Source: Chiloscyllium plagiosum (taxonomy: Eukaryota). Taken from it: DNA of 64,000 nt. Each line of letters starts with the position of its first letter. The stretch's first letter is position 1. The DNA lies in NCBI RefSeq assembly GCF_004010195.1, contig NC_057719.1:7907280-7971279 (forward strand), given 5' to 3'. Of the stretch, positions 24,471 to 37,789 are shown piece after piece. A program made the translations under genes and the position numbers. A model generated the notes under the pieces. The model saw only the letters and a program-made list of their open reading frames with translations, ran no database searches and was not told where the DNA came from.

Positions 24471-25631
24471 CTGGCAGTATTCTCTACCTAGAATACTGCC
24501 AGACCTTTTAGCAACTCTTCTTTATCCATCACTACACCGTTGACTTGCTCAATACCCACATTTTCAATGGGCCATACCTCTGCCATGCCCTTTGCTTCAG
24601 TGAGCAGTTAACTCTGTTTGTTTCTCTATCTTTTTACTATTAATATGTTTGAAGAGCATTTTATTATTGTTTTTGTCACCCTGTCCTTGTGCCTTCTCTT
24701 AGCCTTCCTTATTTCAGCCTTGGCCTCTCTCCTGCATTTGAGACACTTTTCCTGATTTCTATTGCTCTTGTTATTTTGGTATGCATCATATACCTCCCTT
24801 TTCTTTCTTATTTTCTCAACAATATCCTCAGTTATCCAGAGCACAATAACTTTGGCTACCCCAGATTTATTTCTCCTAGGTATGTACCTAGCTTGTACTC
24901 TATTCATCTTTCTTTTGAAAGTCTCCGATTTTTCATCCACTGTTTTATCCACAAAATGCATTTCCAGTCAAACTGCTCCAGTTCAACTTTTAAGTGTCTA
25001 AAAGCTTCCCTTTTTCAGTCTGGAATCTTAAACCTGGACTGCTTTTTATCCTTTACCGACTTAATGTTGATCCCTATTTTATATCTTAAATATAATCATT
25101 CTTGATCAAAAGCTGTCTTAATATCAAGGCCAGTCAATCTCACCTCACCATTCTACTGTTTTGTCCATGTTTGGACCAAAGGTGTGATGAAGTCTGGAGT
25201 CGAGTTTAAGCCAAAGTGAGCGAAAGTGAGTAAGCAACTGGTGAGTAAATGTGGCTTGCCAGCATTGCTGACTGTACCTTCTATCACTTTGCTGGTGATT
25301 GACTTCGTTGAGCAGGCTGGTAATTAGCCGCTTTAGATTCATCTTGCTTTTTCTGGATGCAACATACCTGGGCAATTGTTCACTTTGTCATGGAGTTGCC
25401 AGTGTTATAGCTGTACTGGAGCAGCTCAACCAGTAGTTCTAGAGTACAATTTTGAGCGTTAAAGTTGGGCTGTTGTCAGGGCCAATGGCATTTTCTGCAA
25501 ACTAGAAACAGTAATAGTGTTTACACTGATCACTGTGGTACCTCAGTCAATATTTTGATACCCTCATACACTCTCAAGATCTCAAAGTAAGTATCCTTGT
25601 TTCTTATGTTTTAACCAATGTTTTCTCCTTG

Positions 25632-25836
25632 TCAGAAACAAAAACAGAAGTTGTTGGAAAAGCTCAGCAGGTCTGGCAGCATCTGTGAAGAGAAATCGGA
25701 GTTAACGTTTTGGGTCCAGTGATCCTTCCTCAGATCTGGAGTTCCTCAGTTCTGAGGACAGGTCACTGGACCCAAAACATTAACTTTTTGTTTTTGTTTC
25801 TGATTTACAGCATCCACAGTTCTTTTGGTTTTTATC
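25632..25836 (+). mobile_element. Penelope-like pLTR fold-back (family C) with a deletion in the right arm
   Basis: gttaacgttttgggtccagtgatccttcctcag mirrors ctgaggacaggtcactggacccaaaacattaac, and tcagaaacaaaaac mirrors gtttttgtttctga. An extra 3' tail is present. Confidence 0.78.
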
Positions 25837-25944
25837 GCTGTCTCCTGTTCCTTCAACTTTGAGGTTAACTAAGAATCAGCCGAGTGAAAACTCAGTCACT
25901 AGAAATGTTCAAAGGTGAGAAGGATGAGGTTTTGGATAAACTGT

Positions 25945-27590
25945 CATACAAACATATGAATTAGAAGCAGGTGTTCGCTTTTAGCCCCGAGAGCTACTGA
26001 CGCTACTCCACCATTCAATACAATCATGGTTGTTCTGATTGTAATGGCACATCTGCATTCCAACCTACTCTTGATAACCTTGACCTTGCTTAACAAAACT
26101 GTACCTACCTCTGCCTTAAAAATAATCAAAGGCTCTCCTTCCATCATTTTTTTCATTTTTCCAAAGATTCATGATCCTTTGAGTTTAAAAAAAATGCCTC
26201 CTCTGTTTTAAATGCTCAGTCCTGATTTTTAAACAGTGACCCCTATTTCTGGACTTTTCATAAGAGGAAACATCATCCCCACATCTATCTTGTCAAGACC
26301 CCTCATCGTATCATGTTTCAGTCAAGTCACCTCTTAGCCTTCTAAAGTCCAGTGATTATAAGCCTATATGTCCTAAGCTTTCTCATAAGACTGACTCCCC
26401 TGCTGCCAGTCTAGGTATTAGTCTAACAAATCTTCTCTGAACTGCCTCCTATGTATTTGCATCCTTCCTTCAATAAGATGACCAGTACTGTGCATAGTAA
26501 TTCAGATGCAGTCACACCAGTGTCCTGTGTAACTGAAGCATAACCTCCCTACTCTTTATATTCAATTCCCCACAGGATAAATTATAACATTTCATACTTT
26601 TCCTAAATAATTTCTCTACTTGCATACAAATCTTATGTAATTCAAACAAGGGCACTCTAATCCCTTTGCATCTTAGAGCTCAGCAATCTCTTATCATTGA
26701 GATAATGTTTTTTTTATTCTTCCTGAAAATGGACAAGTTAACATATTCTATATATGCTCCATTTTTCACATCTTTGCTCACTCACTTAATCTATCTATAT
26801 GTTTTTGTAACCCCCACTATGTTGTCTTCACCATGCACTTTACTATATACCTTTATGAGTTCAGCAAATTTGTCGACTCTATCTTCCATTCCTTCAACCA
26901 AGCAGCATCTATAGATTGCAAACTGTTGAGGTTCCAGCACCAATTCCTGTGACACACTCACTCATTATATCTGAAAAAGACTCATTTATGCCTACTTTGT
27001 TTCTTGTTAGTCAGTTATTGTGTGATCCTGTACAGTGTGACCTTTTATTTTCTTATATAACCTTTGATATGGCAGCATTATCAAATGTCTTCTGAAAATA
27101 TAAGGCTGATACCTCCACCAGTTCCACTTTATCCATAGAGCAAATACTCACTTGGTTAGCTATTTTAGTTTTTAAGTATTTTTGGAATCTCTTACTATTT
27201 CTTTATATTCCTGGCCATCTTTCTCTCATACTTTAATTCTACTTCTTTATTAAGTTGTTTGTTCATTCCTTGCCTTGCTTTTATTTTCCGACCAATCTTC
27301 TGTCCTTCTACCTGTATTTGCTCAATTGTATGCTTTTTTTAGTTTTATACATTATAGTTTTATATTTATAGCTAACCACAGACTCTTGGTCTGTCCCTTG
27401 GATTTATTGGCATGCATCTATTCTGAGTATTCTGAAATACCACTTTAAATGTCTCCCACAGTAACTCTACCTTTTAACCTAATTTGCCAATTCATTTTAG
27501 CCAGCTCTGCTTTTATGTTCTCATATTTAAATTTTTAAAAATAGTTTTGGGCCCACACTTCTCTCCCTCAAACTGAAGTAAACTTCAGTC
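25945..27590 (-). mobile_element. Old decayed CR1-group LINE
   Basis: Tail catacaaacatatgaattag is followed by degenerate CR1 ORF2 sequence. ORF 25944-26156(-) has IFKAEV. Confidence 0.75.
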
Positions 27591-27889
27591 TTACACTTTA
27601 TCTGACAGCAGGGACAAAATATGATGTATATATAAGAATAAAATGTGTTTTAGAGTTTCTAATTTGAACTGTGTGAGTGAGGCAGGTTAATAATTTACTC
27701 ATCAGTCTTTCTAAGGCCATAATTTTAAATAATTTTGTGTAAGTGAGCAACTCCTGGAGTGATGATGTGAATTTGTTTGCGTTGTGAGAATTTTATGAAT
27801 GAAGAGAGAAAACACTGTAAAGCATTACCTTGCTTTCAGTTTAGAAGACTGATTACTGTAGTCAGAATGTCTAAGGAATTTTCAGAAAA

Positions 27890-28260
27890 GGCATACAATG
27901 CGGAAAAGTTATTTACTTTCGTAGGAAGAATAGAGCTGTAGAAAATTTTCTAAATGGGGAAAGATTTTTAAAATCTGAAGCATGAAGGGACTTAGAATTC
28001 TCTTAAGGTTAACATGCATATTCAATTACAGTAAGGAAGGCAAATGTAATGTTAGCGTTTATCTCGGGAGAGTTAGAATACAGTAAGGATATACAGCTAA
28101 AGCTGTATAAAGGTCTGGTCAGAAAGCATTTGGAATATTGTAAGCAATTTTGGTCCCTAAACTTGTGGAAAGATGTGCTGGTATTGAAGGGGGTCCAAAG
28201 GAGGTTTACAAGAATGGTCCCAGGTTTGAGGGCTTGTTATACGAAGAGTGGTTGAGGAAA
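27890..28260 (+). mobile_element. CR1-group LINE fragment
   Basis: ORF 28049-28255 has LYKGLVRKHLEYCKQFWS...VQRRFTRMVPGL. Confidence 0.85.
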
Positions 28261-29583
28261 TGAATATTAAAACAGCAGTGGTTATATAGAGAGAACGGAT
28301 TTCAGTCTGGGACCTGACTCGTCTAATAGTAATATCAGCTGGAACCATAATGCTACCTAGAGACACCCTCACTATGGTATAGTTAATTAATCCTATCTCT
28401 TTAATACCACATCTGACCTCTGATCAACTGCAGAATATGCTAAAAAAAAAGGTCTGTCCTGAAAACATTACCTGGATTCTTTATCAGTGAAGGTTTGCCA
28501 TTGTACTTTTCTGGTTGATTTGTAGATTAAAATCTCCCAATGTTGTTGCAGTTCTCATTACTTTTCCATTGTGATTCACCCTATCATGTGGTTATTGTTA
28601 GGAGACATCTATAGCACTTCCACACGGAACTTTTAAACTTTCTCAGCTTAGAAAAACCCTGTCAGGGCTCTAACCAAACACTTCTGGTCTGGAACTTCAA
28701 CTAAAACATTTATGCTGTGCTAACCTATTTCCTAATTTTTCTGAACTCAATCCTTTCTCTAGAAGAACTTGTTAGTTTCATCCAAGTTCAATGGAGACTT
28801 CCGTGATCTGAAAACAAAAGCTTTCCAAATGTGATTTTTCTCCTAATTGTAAGAAAAGTCCAAATCATTCGAAACTGAAAACAAGCTAATGGTCCTCGGT
28901 GTCTACACTGTCTTTTGTAAAATAATCCCAATGCATTCAAATTCTCATCATCAACCCAGGGAGTCAGTCATTCATGCTGGTTTCAAAATAATCATGGCTG
29001 CAGAAATATTGACAGGTTAATCATACACAGACCAAAACCCTAATGCCACCAGTTAAAAATCCAATCTCTGAAATAAATGATATTAAAATACATATGAGTT
29101 ACATACCTTGCATCACATTCTGTAGCTATGTCTTTGTAATGGCTATCAAGTTGTCTTAATGATTTATATTTTTATTCTCAGTTCATTTTATTTTTCTAAA
29201 ATATATGCATTTAGATTCAGAGCCTTTAGTTTTATCTTTATATTCTTTTTGTACATTGTAGACTAATCTATTCACCATTTCTCATATTAATACCTTTCTC
29301 TTTGGCTCTGACAAAAGCAGGGAGATTATGCTGAATTTGTATAAGACACAAGTTAGCTATCAACTGGAGTATTATCTGCAGTCACGCTTCTGTAAATTTG
29401 TATTCAAACTGAGTCATGTGGCCTCTCTCTTTCAGTCTCTCACTCTCCCTAAATCTTGCAGACCCAGTTGAGCAGCTTATGATCTTTGCAAATTTAACAT
29501 TTGCTGCTTTAGCCAGTGTCCTTTACTTTGAGAAATTATATTTTCAAAATTCCCATATATATAAATTAGATAGACATATATTT

Positions 29584-29624
29584 TACACACATACATGCAC
29601 ATACGCATATGTGTGTGTGTGTGT
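29584..29624. repeat. Imperfect (CA)n...(TG)n alternating purine-pyrimidine palindrome
   Basis: Sequence acacacatacatgcacatacgcatatgtgtgtgtgtgtgt. Confidence 0.7.
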
Positions 29625-30339
29625 AAAACATATTCCTATCTAGTTTATTAACACTACTATTTTAAATAACTTGGTCATAGCAAATGCTCACTTTGTACAG
29701 GTGATGTACACGACTGGGTAAATCAATAGACACAGCCCGAACATTGTTTTCCCTTCTAAGTGGATTTCTGTGCTATTGTAGGTGCTTCATATGCCTAGTC
29801 TAGACCTTACATGATATGAAGTGGCAGCAGGCATTTGACTGAATAGTCAGTTTCTATCCAATGTGAATTTTGTATGAAAGCAATTTTTCATTCTGAGAGA
29901 ATAGATCATGTGCAGCGATAGTTCAAAGCAACTGAATCCCAGGCAATACAGGACTGGGTTGAGTGTAGAAAAATCAATGGAATTATCCAACATCCATTTA
30001 CTCAGTTTGTTTTGTTTTTGTTTGAACAAGTCTGTTGGATGCAGATAAGTGATTGGCCACTAATCCTCCAACATGTTTCAGCAGGCGTGTGGAATCTATT
30101 TCTTTACACTTCTGCTTTTTTGTCACCAAGCTAATATTGCTTTTGAATGTGCATTATGCAGTTTAAAAAATGCATTTTCTTATTGTTTAGATTTACTTCC
30201 ATAATGTGTTCCTACTTTTAACTTTTATCCTCAGCATATTTTTCACCTACAAAATACAGGTTTAATATTGCAGGACTGTAATATTGTTGGCAACTCCCTT
30301 CGCTTAAGAGGAAGGCCACCCAAAAGTGTCCTCCACAGA

Positions 30340-32850
30340 ATTATAGAATCAGAGAGCAAATGCCTTTTAAACTGTTATTACTGTACCTGCCTCAATCACT
30401 TCCACTGTTAGCTCATTTTGTATATGTACCACCCTCTGTGAAAAAAAGTTGCCCCTCAGGATCCCTTTTATTCTTTCCCCTCTAACCTTAAACAAGTGCC
30501 CTCTAGTGCTCGATTCTCCAACCCTGGGAAAAAATACTGAGTGCATTCACCCTATCCATGCCTCTCATGATCTTATACACCTCTATAAGGTGCCCCTCAG
30601 TCTCCTACGCTCTAAAGATAAAAGTCCTAGCTTTTCCAACCTCTCCCTATAACTGAGAACCTTGAGTCCTGGCAACATCCTTGTAAATTTGTTCTGCACT
30701 GTTTCCAGTTTAATAACATCCTTCCTATAGCAAGGTGACCAAAATTGAACACAATGCTCCCAAGTGCGGCCTCACCAATGTTCTGTACAAATGCAGCATA
30801 GCTTAGCAACTTCTATATGCAATTCCCTGACTGATGAAGGCCAGTGTGCCAAAAGCCATCTTCACTGCCCTGTCGACCTGTGGCTCCACTTTCAGAGAAC
30901 TGTAAAGCTGAACTTCAAGATCCCTCTGTTCCACCATACTCCTAAAGGCCCTACCCTTCACCATGAAACTCTGACCTTTATTTGACTTTTCAAAATGCAA
31001 GACCTCACGAGAACCCCAATTGCCATTTCTCAGCCCACTTCCTCAGCTGATCAAGGTCCTGCAGCAATTTCTGATAACCTTCCTGATTGTCCACGGTACC
31101 ACCTATTTTAGTGTCATCTGCAAACTTACTAATCATGCCTTGTATATTCTCATCCAAATCATTGAAACAGATAACAAAAAGATAATGGGCCCAGTACCAA
31201 CCCCTAAGGCACTCCACGAGTCACAGGCCCCCCCAGTCTCACAAGCATCCTCCCATGTTACCCTCTGCTTTCTACCATCAAGCTAATTTTGTTTCCAATT
31301 TTCCAGCTCGCCTGGATTCAATGTGATCTAATCTTCCAGAGCAGCCTATCATGTGGACCCTTACCACAACATCAGGCCAGCACAATGTCGAGGGCCAAAG
31401 GGCCTGTACAGTGCTGTATGTTCTATGTTTTATCAAAGACCTTACTGAAATCCATATAGACTATGTCAACCCTCTGTCCTCGTCAATCTTCTTGATCACT
31501 TAATCAAAAAACTCTAACAAAATTGTGAGGCATGAACTCCCACTTACAAAGCCATGCTGACTATTCCTAATCAAAGCCTGTCTTTCCAAATGCATGCATA
31601 TCTTATCCATCAGAATCTTCTCAAGTAACTTAGCAGAACAGATGTTAAGCTTATTGATTTATAATTCCCAGGTTTTTCTTTGCAGCCCTTCTTGAATAAT
31701 GGTCTTGTGGGACCTCGCCTGTGGCTAGCAATGATGCAAAAATATCAGCCAGGGCCCCCGCAATTTCTTCTGTAACCTCTTGCAGTGTTCTTGCATTTAC
31801 CTGGTCAAATCCAGATTTATCTACCTTCATACATTCTAATACATCCACCCCCAGCTCTACTGTGATATGGACCATCCCCAAGATATCACCACTAACTCCC
31901 CCAACTTCCCAAGCTTTCATGTCTTTCTCCACGATAAACACAGGGGAGAAATATTCATTGAGAACCTCACCCATCTCCTGCAGTTCTGCACTTACATGCC
32001 CACTTTCATCCTTGAGGGGCTCTATTCTCTCTCTAGTTATTCTTTTTCCTTTAATACATTTTAGATTCACCCTAATCTTCTCAGCCAAGGCTAACTCATA
32101 CCCCGTTTTTGCCCTCCTTGTTTCCTTCTTTAGTAAACTCCTGTATTCCCTGGACAACTCCAGGAATTCCCTTGATCCCAGCTGCCTGTACCTGAGCCAT
32201 ACCTCCTTTTTTCTGGTCAAAGCCTCAATATCTCTTGTCATCCAGGGTTTCCTATTCCTGCCAACCTTGCCCTTCATCCTCACAGGAAGATATAGACCTT
32301 GAACTCTAGCTATTTCACTTTTAAAGGTCCCCCAGTTGCCAGAGATCTTTTTGCCTGCACGCAATTTACTCCAATTAACCCCTGCAAGTTCCTGTCTAAT
32401 TCCATCAAAATTTGCCTTACCCCAAGTTAGAACTTGAACCTGTGGACCATTTTGTCCTTCTCCATAACTATTTTAAAATTAATAGACCTATAGTCACTGG
32501 TCCCAAAATGCACCCCCACTGTCACTTCCGTCACCTGTCTGACCTATTTCCTAAGAATAGATTGAGTTTTGCCCCTTCCAGATTAGGACTCTCTATATAC
32601 TGCTTGAGGAACCTTTCCTGAATGCACTTAACAAATTCCACCCATCTAAGCCCTTAACACTCTGGCAGTCCCAGTCTATGTTATGAAAATTAAAATCTGC
32701 TACTATGACAACCTTATTGCTCCAGCAAGTCTCCCCCATCTCCCTGCATACTTGTTCCTCTAATTCCTGTTGAGTATTTGGGAGCCTATAATACAATTCC
32801 AATAACGTCACCATCCCCTTCTTATTTCTTAGCTCCACAAAACCTCACTG
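30340..32850 (-). mobile_element. CR1-group LINE, about 2.5 kb, from the APE endonuclease region to the 3' end, decayed
   Basis: ORF 32593-32838(-) ELRNKKG...VADFNFHNIDW is endonuclease-like. ORF 31651-32364(-) is the linker, and ORF 31005-31217(-) has SKFADDTKIGG. Confidence 0.92.
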
Positions 32851-33664
32851 GATGGTCCTTTCATTTGTTTTTCTTACGATATTTTCTGGCAATAACAAAT
32901 CTGCGCAACATATTTCAAAGTATAGTGGAGGTGCTGGGTTCTGAGTGGATAAATGGTGAAATTTGGAACAGGACCTGATTTCACTCGGTCCTTGTTCATT
33001 TCACAGGTAATAACAAAGAACTAGAAGTGTACATTAAAAGACTTTGCATTTTCCATCTGTGCTTGATTCTAGGAACAATCTTGTGTCTCTGTGTTCCATC
33101 ATTGCTCAGTGTATGCAGGCTGTTTGAATGTGAAAAGGCTGGAGACATTCTACTGCAGTCAGTCTCAATCTTACTAAAAGCACAGATGATATATATAATG
33201 CGTAGCCTGTCCAGTTGGGTTCCACTGTTTTTATCCTTGAGACGTGTGCCACCTTTGCACCACAAAAGGTGCAGATGTCTACAAACAGTACATGAATACC
33301 TTGACCTGTAAAACTGGATAAGGTGAGAGGTACATCACCAAGACATACAAAATTTCTACCTTGCCCCAAATCTGCCAATTGGCCCTATTTGGAAACTTTA
33401 CTCCCAGAGTAGATCCAACTGGCTATCATAATGGTTAGATGATGTCAGTTCACTTTTGCATATAATGTGAACAACATTTCAGGGAATTGAGTATCTGTTT
33501 CTTCACTGCTATCCACGTGCAGAGCTATTAAAGTTACCATTAGAAAATGTTTTTCTTGGCTATTGCTAATAGCAACAAGATAGAAACCAATCAATTGACA
33601 TACTCTGGGATTTTATTTTCTGCTGAGGGTCAAAGCAGTTGTGAACATGGTATGGAAATTACAT

Positions 33665-34305
33665 CTCTCAAGAGGAAATTACCTTTTTGCATTTACCCTA
33701 TCAAGCTCCTTAAGAATGTTAGACATTTCAATAAGGCTACCTCTCATTCTTGTACATTCCAATGAGTACAAGACTAACCTAATTAATCTGTATTGACAAG
33801 AAAATCCCTCCATGCTAAACATAAATCTAGTGAACCTTCTCTGGACTGCCTCCAATGTCATTATATCTTTCCTTATAGAAGGCAAATAAAACTTCACAGT
33901 ACTCTAACTGTGGTCTGACTAGTACCCTATATAGTTTTAGCAAGGCATCCTCGTTCCTGTGCTCCAGTGCTTTTGAAATAAAGGCCAGCATTTGCCTTCT
34001 GTATTATCTACTGAACTTGGATGCCGAGCATTTAAGATGGAGATGAGAAGAAATTGCTTTCTCTTAGAGTGTTAAGTAGATTTGGAACTCTTTCACGGAG
34101 AGTTATGGAAGCAAGATCATTGAATACTTTTAAGACAAAGGCAGATAGATTTCTGACTAACTCAGGGAGTTGAAAGTTATTGGGTATTTGTAAGAAAGTA
34201 GAGTTGAGGCTACAGTTAAATCGGCCATAATTTTGCTGAATGGAAAAGCAAGTTCGAGAGACTGAGGGGCCTACTCTCTTCATTTCTATGTTCAGATTTG
34301 TATGT
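33665..34305. mobile_element. CR1-group LINE 3' fragment with an inverted 5' segment
   Basis: About 33665-34025 is minus strand (LEAVQRRFTR...KELDRVNAKR). About 34029-34305 is plus strand and runs on to the 3' UTR. Confidence 0.75.
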
Positions 34306-35079
34306 TTGTAAGCTGGGTCAGCAGCCAGTCATGTTGGAATATTTTTATAAACAATAAATCAGCAAGTGAAATCCACTTAAATTTTTTTACTTTTAATTTA
34401 AAATTTCAGATGGTGAATAAAATAGTTTTGATTAGAAAATGAAGATGAACTTTACGTAAAATGTGGAGAAATCTTTATGATTTAATAGTCCGCAAATACA
34501 AAATTGACATTTCAGGAACATTTGAGGGGAATTCCCTCCTTAACAACATTGTGGGTCTACCTACAGCATATGGACTGCAGTAGTTCAAGAACGCTGCACA
34601 CCATGGCCTTCTCAAGGGCAATTGTGAGAGAGACTGTGATGTTTGTCTTCTTGACTTTGCTTTTTTATTACCTATAGTCATACTGTGTTTAGCTGTAATG
34701 GAACTTTTAAAAATTTCTCTATACTGAAACTAAGGATTGTACCTAGGTATCTTTGTACCTAAGATGGTGCTGTAAGTGGTGACTTATAAACTTTTCACTG
34801 TACCCATTTGAGTATATGTGACAATAAAGCAAATTCAATTCAAAGTAGGATAAGGCAATAAATGCTAGCCCAGCTAGTGATGCCCATGCCCCATGAATGT
34901 ATTAAAAACCAATGAAATTATGAAATTAGAACGCCTTCAGCACTTCAGAAAATTTCATTCAACAATGTGTAACTTTCAAAGGTTTTGTAGTGCAATTAAT
35001 GGCATAAAAGTTGAAGTTCTGTTCAGTTTCCAAGACTGCAATCTGTGGAGGTTTGCCTCTACAGTGTACACTCTTTTCG

Positions 35080-35675
35080 AATTAGAATCCCTACAGTGTG
35101 GAAACAGACCTTTTGGCCCAACAAGTCCACACTGATCCTCCAATAACCCACCCAGACTATTCCCCTACCCTATTATCCTATATTTACCCTTGATTAATGC
35201 ACATAACCTACACATCACTGAACATGATGGGCAATTTAGATTAGATTAGATTCCCTACAGTATGGGAACAGGTCCTTCGGCCCAACAAGTTCACACTGAC
35301 CCTCCGAGAAATAATCCACCTGGACCCATTCCCCTACTCTATATTTACCCCTGACTAACACAATGGGCAATTTATCATGCACCTGCACATCTTTGGACTG
35401 TGGGAGGAAACCAACACAGACACGGAGAGAATGTGCAAACTCCACACAGACAGTCACCCGAGGCAGGAATTGAACCTGGGCCCCTGGTGCTGTGAGGCAG
35501 CAGTGCTAACCATTGAGCCAACGTGCTGCCCATGATTGAGTTCAGGTCACAACACCACATAGAGCAAAGCCCACTCAATTAGCACCTCACCACCATCTTC
35601 AAAATTCACCCCAGCCATCAACAAACCACAGTGGTGGTAGCATGGCCAATTCACTTAACCTGCACATCTTGGGCA
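35080..35675 (-). mobile_element. Nested HE1-type (V-SINE) copies; inner near-complete copy at 35236-35531
   Basis: The tRNA head reverse-complements to gggcagcacgttggctcaatggttagcactgctgcctcacagc...ggttcaattcc. A V-domain (gtgtggagtttgcacattctc) and a (TAGAT)n tail are present. The outer copy spans 35080-35238 and 35639-35675. Confidence 0.9.
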
Positions 35676-36676
35676 GCGTAGAATCAGTGGCAGTAATTTC
35701 TAGATTATCCTGCATACATTTAGGTCCTAGAAGTAGCTGCCTTTTTAGTGGGGTAACGTTAGTGAACATGCACAGTATATGAATTGCTCTTTAGGGGTCC
35801 AGCACTGACATGATCCACTGAATGGCCACCTTCTGTGCTGCAATGATTCTGACTCTTGAATTTGCTCACTAACTGAGTACCTACAGCTCTCTGTGGTAGA
35901 GAATGCAAAAGGTTCACAACCCTCCTGAATGAAAGTATTTCTCCTCAACCTAAGACTAAATATGCAACCCCTTATCCTAAGACTAGGACCCACCATTCTT
36001 GATATCCCAGCCAGAAGAACTCTTGTGCAATGAATTGCTTTCTTGAGAGGCTCTCTTTAAACTTTTTGTTGATTTATCTATGCACTCTAATATTATATAA
36101 ATTAAGCCTTGGAACTATTTTGCCTCTGGGGATTGTTTGTGATGATTTAGTCAACTAAAATCCTTATCAGGAAACCAGGTAGAAATCTTCAACTCTTAAG
36201 GTTGAAAGTGAAATTCTACACAGTCATGCTTCAAGGACTACTGTGGCTGACCTGGAGTGCACTATTGCCTTCTACGATTTTGCTTTCTCTTCCTTCCACC
36301 TACTATTTATAAATGCTTCATGAAATAGATGAGTTGAGGATTGTCAATATCTACTCCGTTATACATTTTCATTTGAGAAGGACGTTCAAATTCTCGCATC
36401 TCACCTGTTGAAGTTAGTATGTCAGGTGTTTTGGAAAATGGCAAAGTGTGCCATTGACATATCTTGAAAGTCTTAAGTTTTAAAGGAGAATATTCCAGTG
36501 AATTTAATGTTGTTTTCTCATTTTCTTCATCTTGTAGTTCATGTGTGCAGGTGCAAAATCTTCAAATTAATGCATAACTATAAAACTGTATCAGTCAGTG
36601 TAAAATTTAGTATTTGCTCCAAAGACTAGGCATTGTTTAGCGAGTATAAACTGATACTATTTCCATGTGTTTCAAG

Positions 36677-37678
36677 GTTCTCAACTCTGACCTGGAGAAG
36701 AGAGAGAAGCAGCAATTGAGGATGTTGAACCAGCTCCAGGAAATCCAGAGCCGCTATGATGACTGTATGCAAGATCATAAGTCTGCAGGTTTGGAGATTG
36801 TTGATCTAGCCCGCCAGTTGAAGGAATCTAGTATGGAAGCTGACAGATGCAGGGCTCAGTTGAAAGAAGTTGAACACCTTCGACTGGAGAGTGAAAAGAA
36901 GAAAGATGAATTGAAGATAAAAGCTCAGGAGTCCATCAGACAGTGGAAAATCAAATGCAAGAAGTTGGAGCGTGATTTGGAAAAGCAGAAGGAGAATATT
37001 AGTCATTGGATGGAGCAGCACAACCAGGCAAGTAAAGAGAAGGAAGCACTGCAGGGTCAACATTCCATGGCTTTGCATCAGATAGAGAGCCTCCGTAAGG
37101 AACTCAATGATGTTATACTCAAACGGGTGCAGCAGGAGGAAGATATGCGACGGAAAGATGTGGAGCTCAATGAGTTGAAATCAGAGCTATTGGACTTGGA
37201 TGGAAAACTGCATGACTCTAAGGAGTCTTTTAGCAAATTAGAAGCTGACTTGCACGAGCAGTGTATGTTGCATGTTCAGATCAAAGAGGAGAAACAGCAC
37301 CTGGAGTATGAGTTGATGGCCTTAAACAGACAGAATGAAAAGAGTCAGGAGAAGCAACTGGAAATGCAGCGAATGATCTCCGAGCTAAGTGCCATTCGAT
37401 CTGAACTCAGTGATAAACTAGCTCAGGAAGAGATATCCAGTAAGGAGATTAGAAAGAGCATCTCAGAAGCTCAGGCAAAACAGACCTTAGCCCAAGAGGA
37501 ACTTGCTTCTCTGAACAACCAATTGAAGTTGGAGAGGGATGCACACCAACAAGAACTTGCAGGCATCAGATCAGAGATGCACACCTTAAGAAATAAACAT
37601 GAAAAGAGTATGCAGGAAGTACTTAAAAATTTTCAACAAGAGCGGGATAAATTAGAGAATAACCTAAGTGAGTTAAAG
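36677..37678 (+). CDS. CEP128: Large internal coding exon (334 codons, phase 0/0) of centrosomal protein 128, coiled-coil region
   Basis: Acceptor tgtgtttcaag|GTT at 36676/36677 and donor AAG|gtaagg at 37678/37679 give 1002 bp with no stops. The E/K/Q/L-rich heptad protein contains KAQESIRQWKIKCKKLER, IESLRKELNDV, LSAIRSELSDKLAQEE and QLKLERDAHQQEL, which match my recollection of vertebrate CEP128. Confidence 0.92.
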
Positions 37679-37789
37679 GTAAGGATAGTTAATTGGAACA
37701 GAGCACTTCCTTTTAAAGGTATGATTTCAAAGCATTAAATGTATCTCTCAGTTGGCTTTGCTGTTGAAAGAAAGATGTGAATTATTGTT

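Larger units (their letters stand above)
21990..25110 (-). mobile_element. Long decayed CR1-group LINE interrupted by a PLE
   Basis: ORFs 21999-22223, 22438-22626, 22574-22816 and 24626-24961 (-) encode CR1 ORF2 segments. The host sequence resumes after the TSD at 24471. Confidence 0.88.

Noticed and set aside
32996..33378. Overlapping 89-94 aa ORFs in non-repeat-looking DNA
   Set aside because: They show no recognisable domain, no convincing splice-site pair and no CEP128 similarity.
36665..37738. 357-aa ORF as a stand-alone single-exon gene
   Set aside because: Canonical splice sites trim it to 36677-37678 and it continues in frame into 39778-39942. The ORF ends are intronic.
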